Below, one piece after another: positions 26,208 to 35,449 of a stretch of DNA of 46,188 nucleotides. Positions within the stretch are counted from its first letter, which is position 1. Each line of letters begins with the position of its first letter. Both the position numbers and the translations under genes were made by a program. The notes beneath the pieces are model-generated. The model searched no databases, had not been told where the DNA came from, and worked only from the letters and a program-made list of their open reading frames with translations. The stretch comes from Minisyncoccota bacterium (GTDB lineage Bacteria; Patescibacteriota; Minisyncoccia; 2-02-FULL-40-12; GWA2-44-9), in assembly GCA_035524755.1 (NCBI GenBank), contig DATKOD010000006.1, positions 1 to 46,188 on the forward strand, read 5' to 3'.

Positions 26208-26831
26208 ATGGAAGGAGAGGTGAAGCAAGGAGGATGGCTGCGCGAAGTCTCAGAGTTCATCTGGGAGACTCTCAAGGTGGTTCTCATCGCGCTCGTCATC
26301 ATCCTGCCCATTCGGTACTTCCTGATCCAGCCGTTCTTCGTCAAGGGGTCCAGTATGGTGCCCAACTTCCACGATCAGGAGTACATCCTCGTGGACAAGT
26401 GGACGTACCGTCTCGGTCCTCCGCAACGCGGCGACGTCGTCATCTTCAAGTACCCCGGCGACCCGAGCCAGTACTTCATCAAGCGTATCATCGCCCTGCC
26501 GGGTGAGACGATCCTGATCCCGGGTGATGACACCGTACACATCTTCAACGATCGATACCCGAACGGATTCGTCCTCAACGAGACCGTGTATCTGCCGACG
26601 GAGAACCATACCTACTGTACGGACCAGACGCCTTGGTGCGGGCACAAGATCACTCTGGCTCCCGGCGAGTATTTCATGATGGGCGACAACCGCGAGCACA
26701 GTTCGGACTCCCGCTTCTTCGGTCCCGTTGATCAAAGTCAGTTCTTCGCCGGCATGGCATGGCTCCGGCTCTGGCCGCTCAACAAAATCGGTTTCATTCC
26801 CCGCACAGACTATCCGCCCGTGGTGCAATAG
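26208..26831 (+). CDS. lepB: Signal peptidase I
   Basis: GSSMVPNF (catalytic Ser box), GDVVIFKYP, FIKRIIALPGE (Lys box), GDNREHSSDSRFFGPV. 207 aa. TGtGATAAT ends 8 nt before the ATG. Confidence 0.9.
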   Translation: MEGEVKQGGWLREVSEFIWETLKVVLIALVIILPIRYFLIQPFFVKGSSMVPNFHDQEYILVDKWTYRLGPPQRGDVVIFKYPGDPSQYFIKRIIALPGETILIPGDDTVHIFNDRYPNGFVLNETVYLPTENHTYCTDQTPWCGHKITLAPGEYFMMGDNREHSSDSRFFGPVDQSQFFAGMAWLRLWPLNKIGFIPRTDYPPVVQ

Positions 26832-26853
26832 GAGGTGGCACCCGGCGAACCCC

Positions 26854-28161
26854 ATGACCGCAAAAAAGAAAGCAGACGTTCCCGTACTCCCAGAAGGATA
26901 TTTCGACATCATCCCGGACGACCAGAAGTTCTGGCGTTTTGTGTGGAAGAAGGCGAACGGCCTATTGGCGGACTACAGTTTCGAGCGCGCCGATCTGGCA
27001 CCGGTGGAACTCGCCGAGACGTTCACGCGGCCGGTCGCGTCCAGCGAGCCTGATCGGATGAAGAAACTCGCGGTCGCCCGCAGTCACGGCGCGGCGCTCG
27101 CGTTGCGTGCCGACATGGCGCCGTCGCTGATGCGCGTCTATTTGCAATACGGCATGCAAGCGTTGCCGCACCCGGTGAAACTGTTCGCCAACGGTCCGGT
27201 CGTGGAACCGACCGAGCGCGGCACTGTGATGCACTACTCGCTGGGCGTGCAGACCATCGGGGATGAGACCGAAGCCGTGGATGCCGAACTTTTGTTCCTC
27301 GGTTGCCGCATCATGGAAGCGCTGTCGCTCGGTTCGTTCACCATCCGCATCAATACGATGGGTGATGCGCTGTCCAAGCCCGTATATGCCCGCGCGCTCC
27401 GTGATTTCTTCAAGCACAACGCACGCAAGCTGTCGGCGCGCACCGCTGCGGTCGCCAAAGACGATCCATGTGCGGCATTGACGATATTGGCGACCGAAGA
27501 TGCCGACCTGGCGAAGGAGGCTCCACAGTCGGTGGATCACCTGTCGGAACCCGCACGGTTGTTCTTCCGTCGCTTTCTGGAATTTTTGGACGAAGGCAAG
27601 GTTCCCTACATCATCGACCATACGTTGGTGACGTCGGATGACTTCGCGACGCACACGATATGGGAATTCGTGGTTGATCCTATCGCCGCCGAGGGCGAAA
27701 TTCCGGCGGTACCCGGATTGACGGTCATCCGTGGCGGTCGTATGGACCGGTTGGCGGAACTGTTGGGCGGAGCGAAGACCGCATCCGCCGGATGGACGAT
27801 GGACATCGATGCGGTCGTCGCACGGCTGAAGGGACGCAACGCCAACGTTCCGGATGTTCAGGCGCATGCCAAGGTCTTTCTGTCGCAGTTGGGCGAGGCG
27901 GCGAAGAAGCGCTCGCTGATGCTGTTCGAGGATATCCGCAAAGCCGGCATCGACGTACGGTATTCGCTGTCGCGCGATACCATCAAGGGGCAGCTCCGGA
28001 TGGCTGCGCGCTACAATGCCCGGTTCGCGCTCATCTTCGGCCAGAAAGAAGCGTTGGAAGGCACGGTCATCGTCCGCGAGATGGACACCGGCATCCAGGA
28101 GACCATTCCGCTGGAGAAGATCATCGATGAGCTCAAGAAACGGTTGAAAGCACGGCCATGA
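26854..28161 (+). CDS. hisS: Histidyl-tRNA synthetase-like protein with anticodon-binding domain; catalytic motif 2 and the HisB box look degenerate
   Basis: Class II HisRS topology: PEGYFDIIP, LALRADMAPSLMR, motif 3 RGGRMDRLAELLGG, and a C-terminal ABD (AKVFLSQLG...ALIFGQKEALEGTVIVREM). However, GPVVEPTERGTVMHYSLGVQ replaces GPMFRxERPQxGRxRQFxQxGxE, and LVTSDDFA replaces LVRGLDYY. Confidence 0.65.
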   Translation: MTAKKKADVPVLPEGYFDIIPDDQKFWRFVWKKANGLLADYSFERADLAPVELAETFTRPVASSEPDRMKKLAVARSHGAALALRADMAPSLMRVYLQYGMQALPHPVKLFANGPVVEPTERGTVMHYSLGVQTIGDETEAVDAELLFLGCRIMEALSLGSFTIRINTMGDALSKPVYARALRDFFKHNARKLSARTAAVAKDDPCAALTILATEDADLAKEAPQSVDHLSEPARLFFRRFLEFLDEGKVPYIIDHTLVTSDDFATHTIWEFVVDPIAAEGEIPAVPGLTVIRGGRMDRLAELLGGAKTASAGWTMDIDAVVARLKGRNANVPDVQAHAKVFLSQLGEAAKKRSLMLFEDIRKAGIDVRYSLSRDTIKGQLRMAARYNARFALIFGQKEALEGTVIVREMDTGIQETIPLEKIIDELKKRLKARP

Positions 28162-28493
28162 TCGACGACGTGTTCTGCAAGATCATCAAGGGGGAGTTGA
28201 AGACCGACGAGGTCTACCGTGACGATGACGTGCTGGTCATCCGTGACATCAAGCCGCAGGCGCCGGTGCATCTTTTGGTCATGCCCATCGAGCATGTTGA
28301 CGGCGTCAGTGACGCCAGTCCCGAACTGCTAGGCAAGCTCATCGCGACAGCGCACAAGGTCGCGCAACGGGAGGGATTGACGAGGGGATACCGTCTGATT
28401 TTGAACGAAGGGGAACACGGCGGGAAATTGGTGCCGCATTTGCATATACACCTGTTGGGCGGCAAACCGCTCGGAGCGAAAATCGTCGCATGA
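28158..28493 (+). CDS. HIT-family (HinT-like) nucleotide hydrolase
   Basis: FCKIIKGE, APVHLLVMP, HLHIHLLGG histidine triad. 111 aa. ATGA overlap with the upstream stop. Confidence 0.9.
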   Translation: MIDDVFCKIIKGELKTDEVYRDDDVLVIRDIKPQAPVHLLVMPIEHVDGVSDASPELLGKLIATAHKVAQREGLTRGYRLILNEGEHGGKLVPHLHIHLLGGKPLGAKIVA

Positions 28494-28524
28494 CGGGTGT
28501 CATATATAGAAGGGAGGCAATGCA

Positions 28525-28791
28525 ATGGTAGAAGTACAACGAAAGCAGAACGAATCGACCGGTTCATTGCTCCGGCGCTTTTCGCGTTTCGTCCAGCAGT
28601 CCGGCGTCGTCATTCGCAAGAAGACGCTCAAATACCGCCCGAAGCGTGTCACCGAACGCAAAGAAAAGAACCGTGCCATCATGGGCGTGCACTTGCGCAA
28701 GCTGCGCACCGACCTGCAGAAACAAGGAAAGTACACCGAAGAAAACTTCGAGGAAGCGAAGCGCCGGATGAAGCAGACGATCGACCTCTAA
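28525..28791 (+). CDS. rpsU: Ribosomal protein S21 (bS21), extended C-terminus
   Basis: VEVQRKQNES..LLRRFSRFVQQSGVV...YRPKRVTERKEKNRA resembles S21. 88 aa. Confidence 0.7.
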   Translation: MVEVQRKQNESTGSLLRRFSRFVQQSGVVIRKKTLKYRPKRVTERKEKNRAIMGVHLRKLRTDLQKQGKYTEENFEEAKRRMKQTIDL

Positions 28792-28801
28792 TCCCATACG
28801 A

Positions 28802-29266
28802 ATGTCACTCAAAGACACCATTAAGGACGACATGAAGGCGGCGTTCAAGGCAGGCGACACCACGACGCGTGGAACGCTGTCGTTCCTCTTGTCGGTCATC
28901 CAGAATCGAGAACTGGCCAAACGCGCCAAGACAGGCGAGGCATCGGAACTGACGGACGAAGAAGTCATCGAAGCCCTCTCGACCGAGATCAAGAAGCACA
29001 AGGAATCCATCGCGACCTACCAAGCCGGCGGCAGGCCGGAGCTGGTCGCGTCAGAATCCGCCGAGCTGGCGATCCTCCAGAGATACATGCCCGAACAGAT
29101 GAGCGAGGACGCCGTGAAGGCGCTCATCGCAGACGCCGTCACCGCGACCGGCGCTGCCGGTCCTAAAGACATGGGCAAAGTCATGGGGAAGATATCGGTT
29201 GCCATCAAGGGACGGTTCGATGGCGCCCGTGCCAGTGCTTTGGTGAAAGAAGCCCTGGGCGCATAA
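28802..29266 (+). CDS. yqeY: GatB/YqeY-domain protein
   Basis: LKDTIKDDMKAAFKAGD, LTDEEVIEALSTEIKKHKESI, KDMGKVMGK. 154 aa. Confidence 0.85.
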   Translation: MSLKDTIKDDMKAAFKAGDTTTRGTLSFLLSVIQNRELAKRAKTGEASELTDEEVIEALSTEIKKHKESIATYQAGGRPELVASESAELAILQRYMPEQMSEDAVKALIADAVTATGAAGPKDMGKVMGKISVAIKGRFDGARASALVKEALGA

Positions 29267-29272
29267 CGCAAC

Positions 29273-29698
29273 ATGGTCGATCTCGTCCTGAAGAACCGCA
29301 CCACCAGCCGCACCTGGGGCCCGGCGTTCTTTCGGCGCGTCGTCGTGGCAGCGGAACCCTCACTGAAGATTCCGAAGCGGCACACAGGTGAACTGGGTAT
29401 CGTGCTGGTTGGGCCCACACAGATACGAACCCTCAACCGTACCTGGCGTCACAAAGACAAGCCCACGGATGTCCTTAGTTTTGCACTCCCCATACGGCCG
29501 ATTGCAGGATATACTGCGGTATCGTTGGGTGATTTGTTCATCTGCCCTGCGGTCGTGCGTGAAAAAGCAAAGGCCGCGGGGAATACAGTGCGCGGTCAGA
29601 TGACCTGGACCATCGTGCATGGACTTCTGCACTTGGCGGGCTACAGTCACTCCCGAATGACATCCATCGAACAGCGCATCATCAAACGACTTCTCTGA
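29273..29698 (+). CDS. ybeY: rRNA maturation endoribonuclease YbeY
   Basis: HGLLHLAGYSH zinc motif, RTLNRTWRHKDKPTDVLSF. 141 aa. Confidence 0.9.
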   Translation: MVDLVLKNRTTSRTWGPAFFRRVVVAAEPSLKIPKRHTGELGIVLVGPTQIRTLNRTWRHKDKPTDVLSFALPIRPIAGYTAVSLGDLFICPAVVREKAKAAGNTVRGQMTWTIVHGLLHLAGYSHSRMTSIEQRIIKRLL

Positions 29699-30936
29699 TG
29701 CAATCCCATACCATCACCGGCATCGATATCGGCAACGCAACGGTAAAAGTGGCCGTCGCACGCGTGGATCCGCACGCTCAACAGCCCGAGATCATCGGTG
29801 TCGGTACGGCATCCAGCACGTCCGGTCTTGATGGTGGCGAGGTGGTGGACGTACAGGAATCGGTCAATAACGTCCGGGCCGCACTGGCGGACGCGTCAGC
29901 GATGGCCGGTGTTCCCATCCGACGCGCCTGGGTGGGTGCGTCCGGTGTCCATGTCGCGATGCAGTCCAGTCGCGGCGTCATCGCCGTTGGCCGCGCGGAC
30001 CAGGAAATCGGTGAGACCGACGTCAAGCGTGTCATTGACGCGGCGGCCGCGGTCTCCCTGCCGCCGAACCGCGAGCTCATCCATGTGATCCCGCGGGAGT
30101 TCGTCATCGACGATTCCGAACATGTGCACGACCCCATCGGTATGAAAGGTGTCCGCCTGGAAGCTGACGTGACCCTGGTACATGGGCCGTCGCGACACCT
30201 GCGTAACCTCGCCAAAGTGGTCAACGAGTGCGGCGTCGAAGTCGCCGGATTCGTATTCGCGCCATTGGCAGCGTCACTGTCATCCGTCGACAAGCATCAG
30301 AAGCAGTTCGGAGTGGCACACCTGGACGTAGGCGGGGGTACCTGCTCGCTGACGGTCTGGGACAAGGGCGATATGCTTCACGCGGCGATCCTGCCGCTGG
30401 GTTCCGTGCATATCACTCGGGATTTGGCCATTATGCTCCGTACATCGCTGGATGTCGCCGAGCGTATCAAGACCGAACTGGGTGCGGTCAACGAGCCCGT
30501 CGACAAGCGACGCAAGCCGGAAGTCGTCGACCTCACATCGTATATGGATGAAACGTACGCGGTCGACCGTCGCAAGCTGATGCAAGCTATCGATGCACGT
30601 GCCGATGAGGTCATGGACATGGTCGCTACGGAGCTGAAGAAATGCGGGCGCGCCGGCAAGCTTCCGGCGGGTGTCGTCGTGTCCGGCGGAGGTTCCAAGC
30701 TCAACGGCATCCTGCCGATGGTGCGCGACGGTCTGGGTCTTCCCGTGCGGGGTCACCGCCTGATGGGCGTGGATGCATTCGATGCCGCTACGGATCCGTC
30801 ATTCGCGGTCGCCATCGGGCTCATTTTGTGGGAATTCAATCATGAGGTCGGTGAGACCGGTCAATCGTCATCTTCGATGTCCGGTACCGGCTGGATACGC
30901 CGTGCCGGAGACTGGCTGAAGAATTTCCTGCCCTAG
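29698..30936 (+). CDS. ftsA: Cell division protein FtsA
   Basis: ITGIDIGNATVKVAVA, actin-fold phosphate motifs, DVGGGT, VVSGGGSKLNG. 412 aa. Directly upstream of ftsZ. Confidence 0.9.
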   Translation: MQSHTITGIDIGNATVKVAVARVDPHAQQPEIIGVGTASSTSGLDGGEVVDVQESVNNVRAALADASAMAGVPIRRAWVGASGVHVAMQSSRGVIAVGRADQEIGETDVKRVIDAAAAVSLPPNRELIHVIPREFVIDDSEHVHDPIGMKGVRLEADVTLVHGPSRHLRNLAKVVNECGVEVAGFVFAPLAASLSSVDKHQKQFGVAHLDVGGGTCSLTVWDKGDMLHAAILPLGSVHITRDLAIMLRTSLDVAERIKTELGAVNEPVDKRRKPEVVDLTSYMDETYAVDRRKLMQAIDARADEVMDMVATELKKCGRAGKLPAGVVVSGGGSKLNGILPMVRDGLGLPVRGHRLMGVDAFDAATDPSFAVAIGLILWEFNHEVGETGQSSSSMSGTGWIRRAGDWLKNFLP

Positions 30937-31017
30937 GGGAGTTATCCACAGGGATGTTCACACGAGGAGGGGGCCTATTTGCACCCCTTTTTCTATTATG
31001 ATAGACCCCAAGCACAT

Positions 31018-32205
31018 ATGCCGCAGGTACGACCCCAATTCGAGACGTTCGCACGCCTGAAAGTGGTCGGTATCGGAGGTTCGGGGTGCAATGCGCTCAC
31101 GCAGATGATCAACTCGCATATCCATGGGGTCGAGTTCATCGCGATCAACACGGATGCGCAGGCGCTCCACAATAATCCCGCAACCAGTAAGGTCCATATC
31201 GGCAAATCGCTGACCCGTGGCCTGGGCGCTGGCATGAACCCGGAGATCGGCCGTCAGGCGGCCATCGATACAAAAGAAGAAGTCCAGAACGCGCTCAAGG
31301 GTGCGGACATGGTGTTCATAGCGACCGGTCTGGGTGGCGGCACGGGGACCGGTGCCTCGCCGATCGTCGCCGACATCGCTCGTGAGATGGGCGCACTGAC
31401 CGTCGCTGTGGTGACCAAGCCATTCATGTTCGAGGGTGCGGCGCGCATGCGCATCGCCGAAGAGGGCCTGGCTCTGCTGAAGGAAAAAGTCGACTCCATC
31501 ATCGTCATCCCCAACGACCGCCTCCTGTCTATCATCGATCGCAAGACCCCCGTGGGCCAGGCATTCGCCGTCGTCGACGACATCCTGCGCCAGGGCGTGC
31601 AGGGAATATCAGACCTCATCACCAAGAACGACTACATCAACGCCGATTTCAATGACGTCAAAAAGGTCATGGCAAACTCCGGCTCCGCACTGATGGGCAT
31701 CGGCGTCGCCGAAGGTGACGATCGTGCCATCGAAGCCACGAAGATGGCAGTGAATTCGCCGTTGCTGGACGTGTCAATCGACGGTGCCAAGGGGGTGCTC
31801 ATCAATGTACGCGGCGGTGAGGACCTGGCGATGGCGGAAGTCGCCGAAGCGGCCAGTGTCGTCACCCAGCACGTCGACAAGGATGCCAACATCATCTTCG
31901 GCATGGGATTCGGCGGCGATGATCTGAAGAAAGGCGAGATCAAGGTCACGGTCATCGCGACCGGATTCGCCGGTGGGTACCAGCCGATGCGGCCGCAGGC
32001 CATCCCGAACATCGCCCGGCCGGCATTGGACATGTTTACCGGCGAACCGGTCCGTACGGCGCGCCCGGAACAGGAACGGCACTCCGAGCAGGGCTACCAT
32101 ATGCAGCCGACGCGATCCGAGGTGAAAGAAACCATCACCGACCCGAGCATTGATTCGGATTTCGACCTGGATATTCCCGCGTTCATCAGACGGAAGATGA
32201 AGTAG
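31018..32205 (+). CDS. ftsZ: Cell division GTPase FtsZ
   Basis: KVVGIGGSGCNA, GLGGGTGTGASPIVA (tubulin signature), NDRL, GVQGISDLI. 395 aa from ATG 31018. The ORF-track start at 30979 is TTG. Confidence 0.93.
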   Translation: MPQVRPQFETFARLKVVGIGGSGCNALTQMINSHIHGVEFIAINTDAQALHNNPATSKVHIGKSLTRGLGAGMNPEIGRQAAIDTKEEVQNALKGADMVFIATGLGGGTGTGASPIVADIAREMGALTVAVVTKPFMFEGAARMRIAEEGLALLKEKVDSIIVIPNDRLLSIIDRKTPVGQAFAVVDDILRQGVQGISDLITKNDYINADFNDVKKVMANSGSALMGIGVAEGDDRAIEATKMAVNSPLLDVSIDGAKGVLINVRGGEDLAMAEVAEAASVVTQHVDKDANIIFGMGFGGDDLKKGEIKVTVIATGFAGGYQPMRPQAIPNIARPALDMFTGEPVRTARPEQERHSEQGYHMQPTRSEVKETITDPSIDSDFDLDIPAFIRRKMK

Positions 32206-32255
32206 TCGGTCAAGGATTTTATCCACATTTGCGTTCAAGGCACCCGGCCCCTACA

Positions 32256-35096
32256 ATGGAGGTCCTAATAAACGCATCCATGGAGGACATCATTCGTCGG
32301 AGCCCGGCAAGCAACGGTCAGGAGACGGCACAGAAAGTGTCCGGTGAACGCACCGCGTTCACGTGGGAGCGACTGTTCGGCGATGCAGCCAAGCATCCGT
32401 ACGAAGAGATCGTATGGGAGACGCGTGATGCGCGCATCACGCGTGGCAATGGCACTGTGGTATTCGAACAGAAAGGCGTCGAGGTCCCCGTGTTCTGGAG
32501 TCAGACGGCGACCGATATCGTCGCGTCGAAATATTTCCGCGGGCAGCTGGACACGCCGGAGCGCGAACGGTCCGTGCGTCAGATGATCGACCGCATCGTG
32601 AACACGCTTGGATTCTGGGGCATGCGCGGCGGCTACTTCGCCACGCCCGATGACGCGCGCCGGTTCTCCGAAGACCTCGCGTGGCTAGTGGTCAACCAGT
32701 ACGCATCGTTCAACTCGCCCGTCTGGTTCAATATGGGCGTCTACGACAAGCCGCAATGCTCGGCGTGTTTCATCCTGTCGGTGGAAGACAACATGCAGTC
32801 CATCCTGGAGTGGTACCGGGACGAGGGCATCATCTTCAAGGGCGGATCCGGGTCCGGATTGGACATTTCAAAACTGCGCTCCAGCAAAGAGCCGTTGTCC
32901 AAGGGTGGTTACTCGTCAGGTCCGGTGTCGTTCATGAAGGGAGCCGACGGAGTCGCCAACACTATCCGTTCGGGCGGCACCACGCGCCGGGCCGCCAAGA
33001 TGGTCGTGATGAACGTGAACCACCCGGACATCAAAGATTTTATCTACTGCAAGAAGGTCATCGAAGACTACTCCAAGGCACTCGAAGCGTCCGGTATCGC
33101 GAACTCATTGGAGGGTGATCTGTTCTCGCCGTATACGCTCCTGCCGTACCAGAACGCCAACAACTCGGTGCGCGTCACCGACGAATTCATGAAAGCAGTG
33201 GAGGAGGACGCACCGTGGGACCTCAAAGCGGTCACGACCGGCAGGGCGCTGGAAACGGTGCCCGCACGCGAGGTGATGGACTGGATCGCCGATGCTGCAT
33301 GGTATTCGGCTGATCCGGGCATGCAGTATGATACGACCATCAACCGTTGGAACACAGCGTCCAACACTGGCCGTATCAACGCGTCCAATCCGTGCTCCGA
33401 ATACATGCACCTGGACAACTCCGCGTGCAACCTCGCGTCGTTGAACCTCCTCAAATTCCTGCGCCCGGGCGGGCTCATCGATGTGCCGATGTACCGCCAC
33501 GCGGTGGATACGATGATACTGGCGCAGGACATCATCGTCGGTTTCTCCAGCTACCCGACCGAGAAAATCACCCGCAACGCACACGATTTCCGTGAACTCG
33601 GATTGGGCTATGCGAATCTCGGGGCACTGTTGATGGCGATGGGTCTGCCGTACGACTCAGACACCGGACGTATGGTCGCCGGACATCTCACGTCGGTGCT
33701 CTGCGGTGAGGCGTATCGCATGTCGGCGCTCATCGCCGACGTCAAAGGACCGTACGCGGGGTTCGCCGTGAACCGCGAACCGCAGTTGCAGGTCATCGAC
33801 ATGCACCGCACGGAAGCGCAGGCGCTCGTTGCGAAAAGCGCCGGGCTCGCATGGGACGGTGCGCTGTCGGAGGCGGCACTCGGCACATGGAACGAAGCGC
33901 TGGAGGCCGCGAAGAAATACGGCGTACGCAACTCGCAGATGACCGTTCTGGCACCGACCGGGACCATCGCGTTCATGATGGACTGTGCGACGACCGGTAT
34001 CGAGCCGGAACTGGCACTCGTGAAGTACAAGAAGCTCGTGGGCGGCGGGGTGCTCAAACTGGTGAACCCGTTGGTGCCGGCGGCATTGTCGGCGCTGGGT
34101 TACACGCCGGAACAGTCGACGGTCATCACGGAGTACATTTCCGAGCACGAGACCATCGAGGGTGCGCCGGGTGTGAAGCCCGAGCACCAGGCGGTGTTCG
34201 ATTGTTCGTTCACGGCCGCCAAGGGGACGCGGAGCATCCACTATATGGGACACATCCGGATGATGGCAGCCGCACAACCGTTCATCTCCGGTGCCATCTC
34301 CAAGACGGTCAACATGCCGAATGACGCCACGCGTGCCGACATCCGCGACGCATTCATCCAGTCATGGAAGCTGGGCCTCAAAGCCATTGCCATCTACCGC
34401 GACGGTTCAAAAGGCGTACAGCCGATGAGCACGAAGAAAGAAGAGGCGAAGGTCGAAGAGACCAAATTCGTCGAGAAGGTGAACGGCTACACCCGCATCC
34501 ATCTGCCCGATGAACGTCCTGCGGTGACGCACAAATTCTCGGTCGGTGGCTACGAGGGATACATGACCGTCGGATTGTACCCTGACACCAACAAGCCGGG
34601 CGAACTGTTCCTCGTCGCCGCCAAAGAAGGAAGCACCGTGTCGGGATTGCTGGATACCATCGCTACCCTGGTGAGCGTTTCGTTGCAGGCGGGCGTGCCG
34701 CTCAAAACACTGGTACGCAAATTCAAAGACATGAGCTTCGCGCCGGCGGGGTTCACCAACACCGCCGACATCCCGACCGCGAAGAGCATCATGGATTACA
34801 TCTTCCGCTATCTTGGACTTCGGTTCCTGAACGTCGAGGATCGGGAGGAATTGTTCGGGCCGCTGCACGGAGAGCCTGTTCTGCCGCCGACACTGGCTGC
34901 GCGACCTGAGTCGCATGCCGAGGAGGTGGCATCCGAGTCTCAGCCGGAACTGCCGATGGTCCCTAATCTTGCTACGGCTGCTGCGTCCGGAGTCGATGCT
35001 CACGCGCCCGTCTGCCAATGCGGCACGCTGATGTTCCGCGCCGGCTCCTGCTGGACCTGTCCGAACTGTTTCGCCACCACCGGCGTGTGTAACTGA
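32256..35096 (+). CDS. nrdJ: Class II (adenosylcobalamin-dependent) ribonucleotide reductase NrdJ
   Basis: FWSQTATDIVASKYFRG, NSPVWFNMG, ACFILSVEDNM, SNPCSEY, ISKTVNMP, and a C-terminal CQCG...CPNC finger. About 946 aa. A second in-frame ATG is at 32280. Confidence 0.9.
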   Translation: MEVLINASMEDIIRRSPASNGQETAQKVSGERTAFTWERLFGDAAKHPYEEIVWETRDARITRGNGTVVFEQKGVEVPVFWSQTATDIVASKYFRGQLDTPERERSVRQMIDRIVNTLGFWGMRGGYFATPDDARRFSEDLAWLVVNQYASFNSPVWFNMGVYDKPQCSACFILSVEDNMQSILEWYRDEGIIFKGGSGSGLDISKLRSSKEPLSKGGYSSGPVSFMKGADGVANTIRSGGTTRRAAKMVVMNVNHPDIKDFIYCKKVIEDYSKALEASGIANSLEGDLFSPYTLLPYQNANNSVRVTDEFMKAVEEDAPWDLKAVTTGRALETVPAREVMDWIADAAWYSADPGMQYDTTINRWNTASNTGRINASNPCSEYMHLDNSACNLASLNLLKFLRPGGLIDVPMYRHAVDTMILAQDIIVGFSSYPTEKITRNAHDFRELGLGYANLGALLMAMGLPYDSDTGRMVAGHLTSVLCGEAYRMSALIADVKGPYAGFAVNREPQLQVIDMHRTEAQALVAKSAGLAWDGALSEAALGTWNEALEAAKKYGVRNSQMTVLAPTGTIAFMMDCATTGIEPELALVKYKKLVGGGVLKLVNPLVPAALSALGYTPEQSTVITEYISEHETIEGAPGVKPEHQAVFDCSFTAAKGTRSIHYMGHIRMMAAAQPFISGAISKTVNMPNDATRADIRDAFIQSWKLGLKAIAIYRDGSKGVQPMSTKKEEAKVEETKFVEKVNGYTRIHLPDERPAVTHKFSVGGYEGYMTVGLYPDTNKPGELFLVAAKEGSTVSGLLDTIATLVSVSLQAGVPLKTLVRKFKDMSFAPAGFTNTADIPTAKSIMDYIFRYLGLRFLNVEDREELFGPLHGEPVLPPTLAARPESHAEEVASESQPELPMVPNLATAAASGVDAHAPVCQCGTLMFRAGSCWTCPNCFATTGVCN

Positions 35097-35103
35097 TGCG
35101 TTT

Positions 35104-35143
35104 CAATACCAACGCCCACGCACTTGCGTGGGCGTTGGTATTG
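35104..35143 (+). repeat. Perfect 18-bp inverted repeat (hairpin) 8 nt after the nrdJ stop, abutting a TGgTATTAC -10-like box
   Basis: caataccaacgcccacgc-actt-gcgtgggcgttggtattg. No clean T-run follows. It is a terminator and/or an operator for the next small gene. Confidence 0.7.
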
Positions 35144-35177
35144 TGGTATTACAGCATTTTCGTTCCTGAGGAGGCGT

Positions 35178-35387
35178 ATGGACAGATTCGCAGCGCGTTC
35201 CTGCGTGGTCGGTGGCCTCTTTACCGTACTCTTCGCCGGCATCGCCTGGATGATTGCCCGGATGCCGTCGGACAACCGGTGGTTGGACTGGCCGTTCTTC
35301 ACAATCCTCACGTGCATCATGGCCGCGTTCACATGCAGGGGATTCATCGACCTGTACCGCGACCGTTCAGGCTCCCGGGATTCTTAG
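35178..35387 (+). CDS. Small two-TM membrane protein (69 aa)
   Basis: SD GAGGAGG lies 4 nt before ATG 35178. Hydrophobic segments VVGGLFTVLFAGIAWMI and WPFFTILTCIMAAF. A terminator follows. Confidence 0.55.
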   Translation: MDRFAARSCVVGGLFTVLFAGIAWMIARMPSDNRWLDWPFFTILTCIMAAFTCRGFIDLYRDRSGSRDS

Positions 35388-35392
35388 TACCA

Positions 35393-35424
35393 GCCCGCCA
35401 CACCGTGGCGGGCCTTTTCTTTTT
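35393..35424 (+). terminator. Rho-independent terminator
   Basis: gcccgccac-acc-gtggcgggc followed by cttttcttttt. Confidence 0.8.
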
Positions 35425-35449
35425 CATGCCGACTGGTAGGGTGCGGCGC

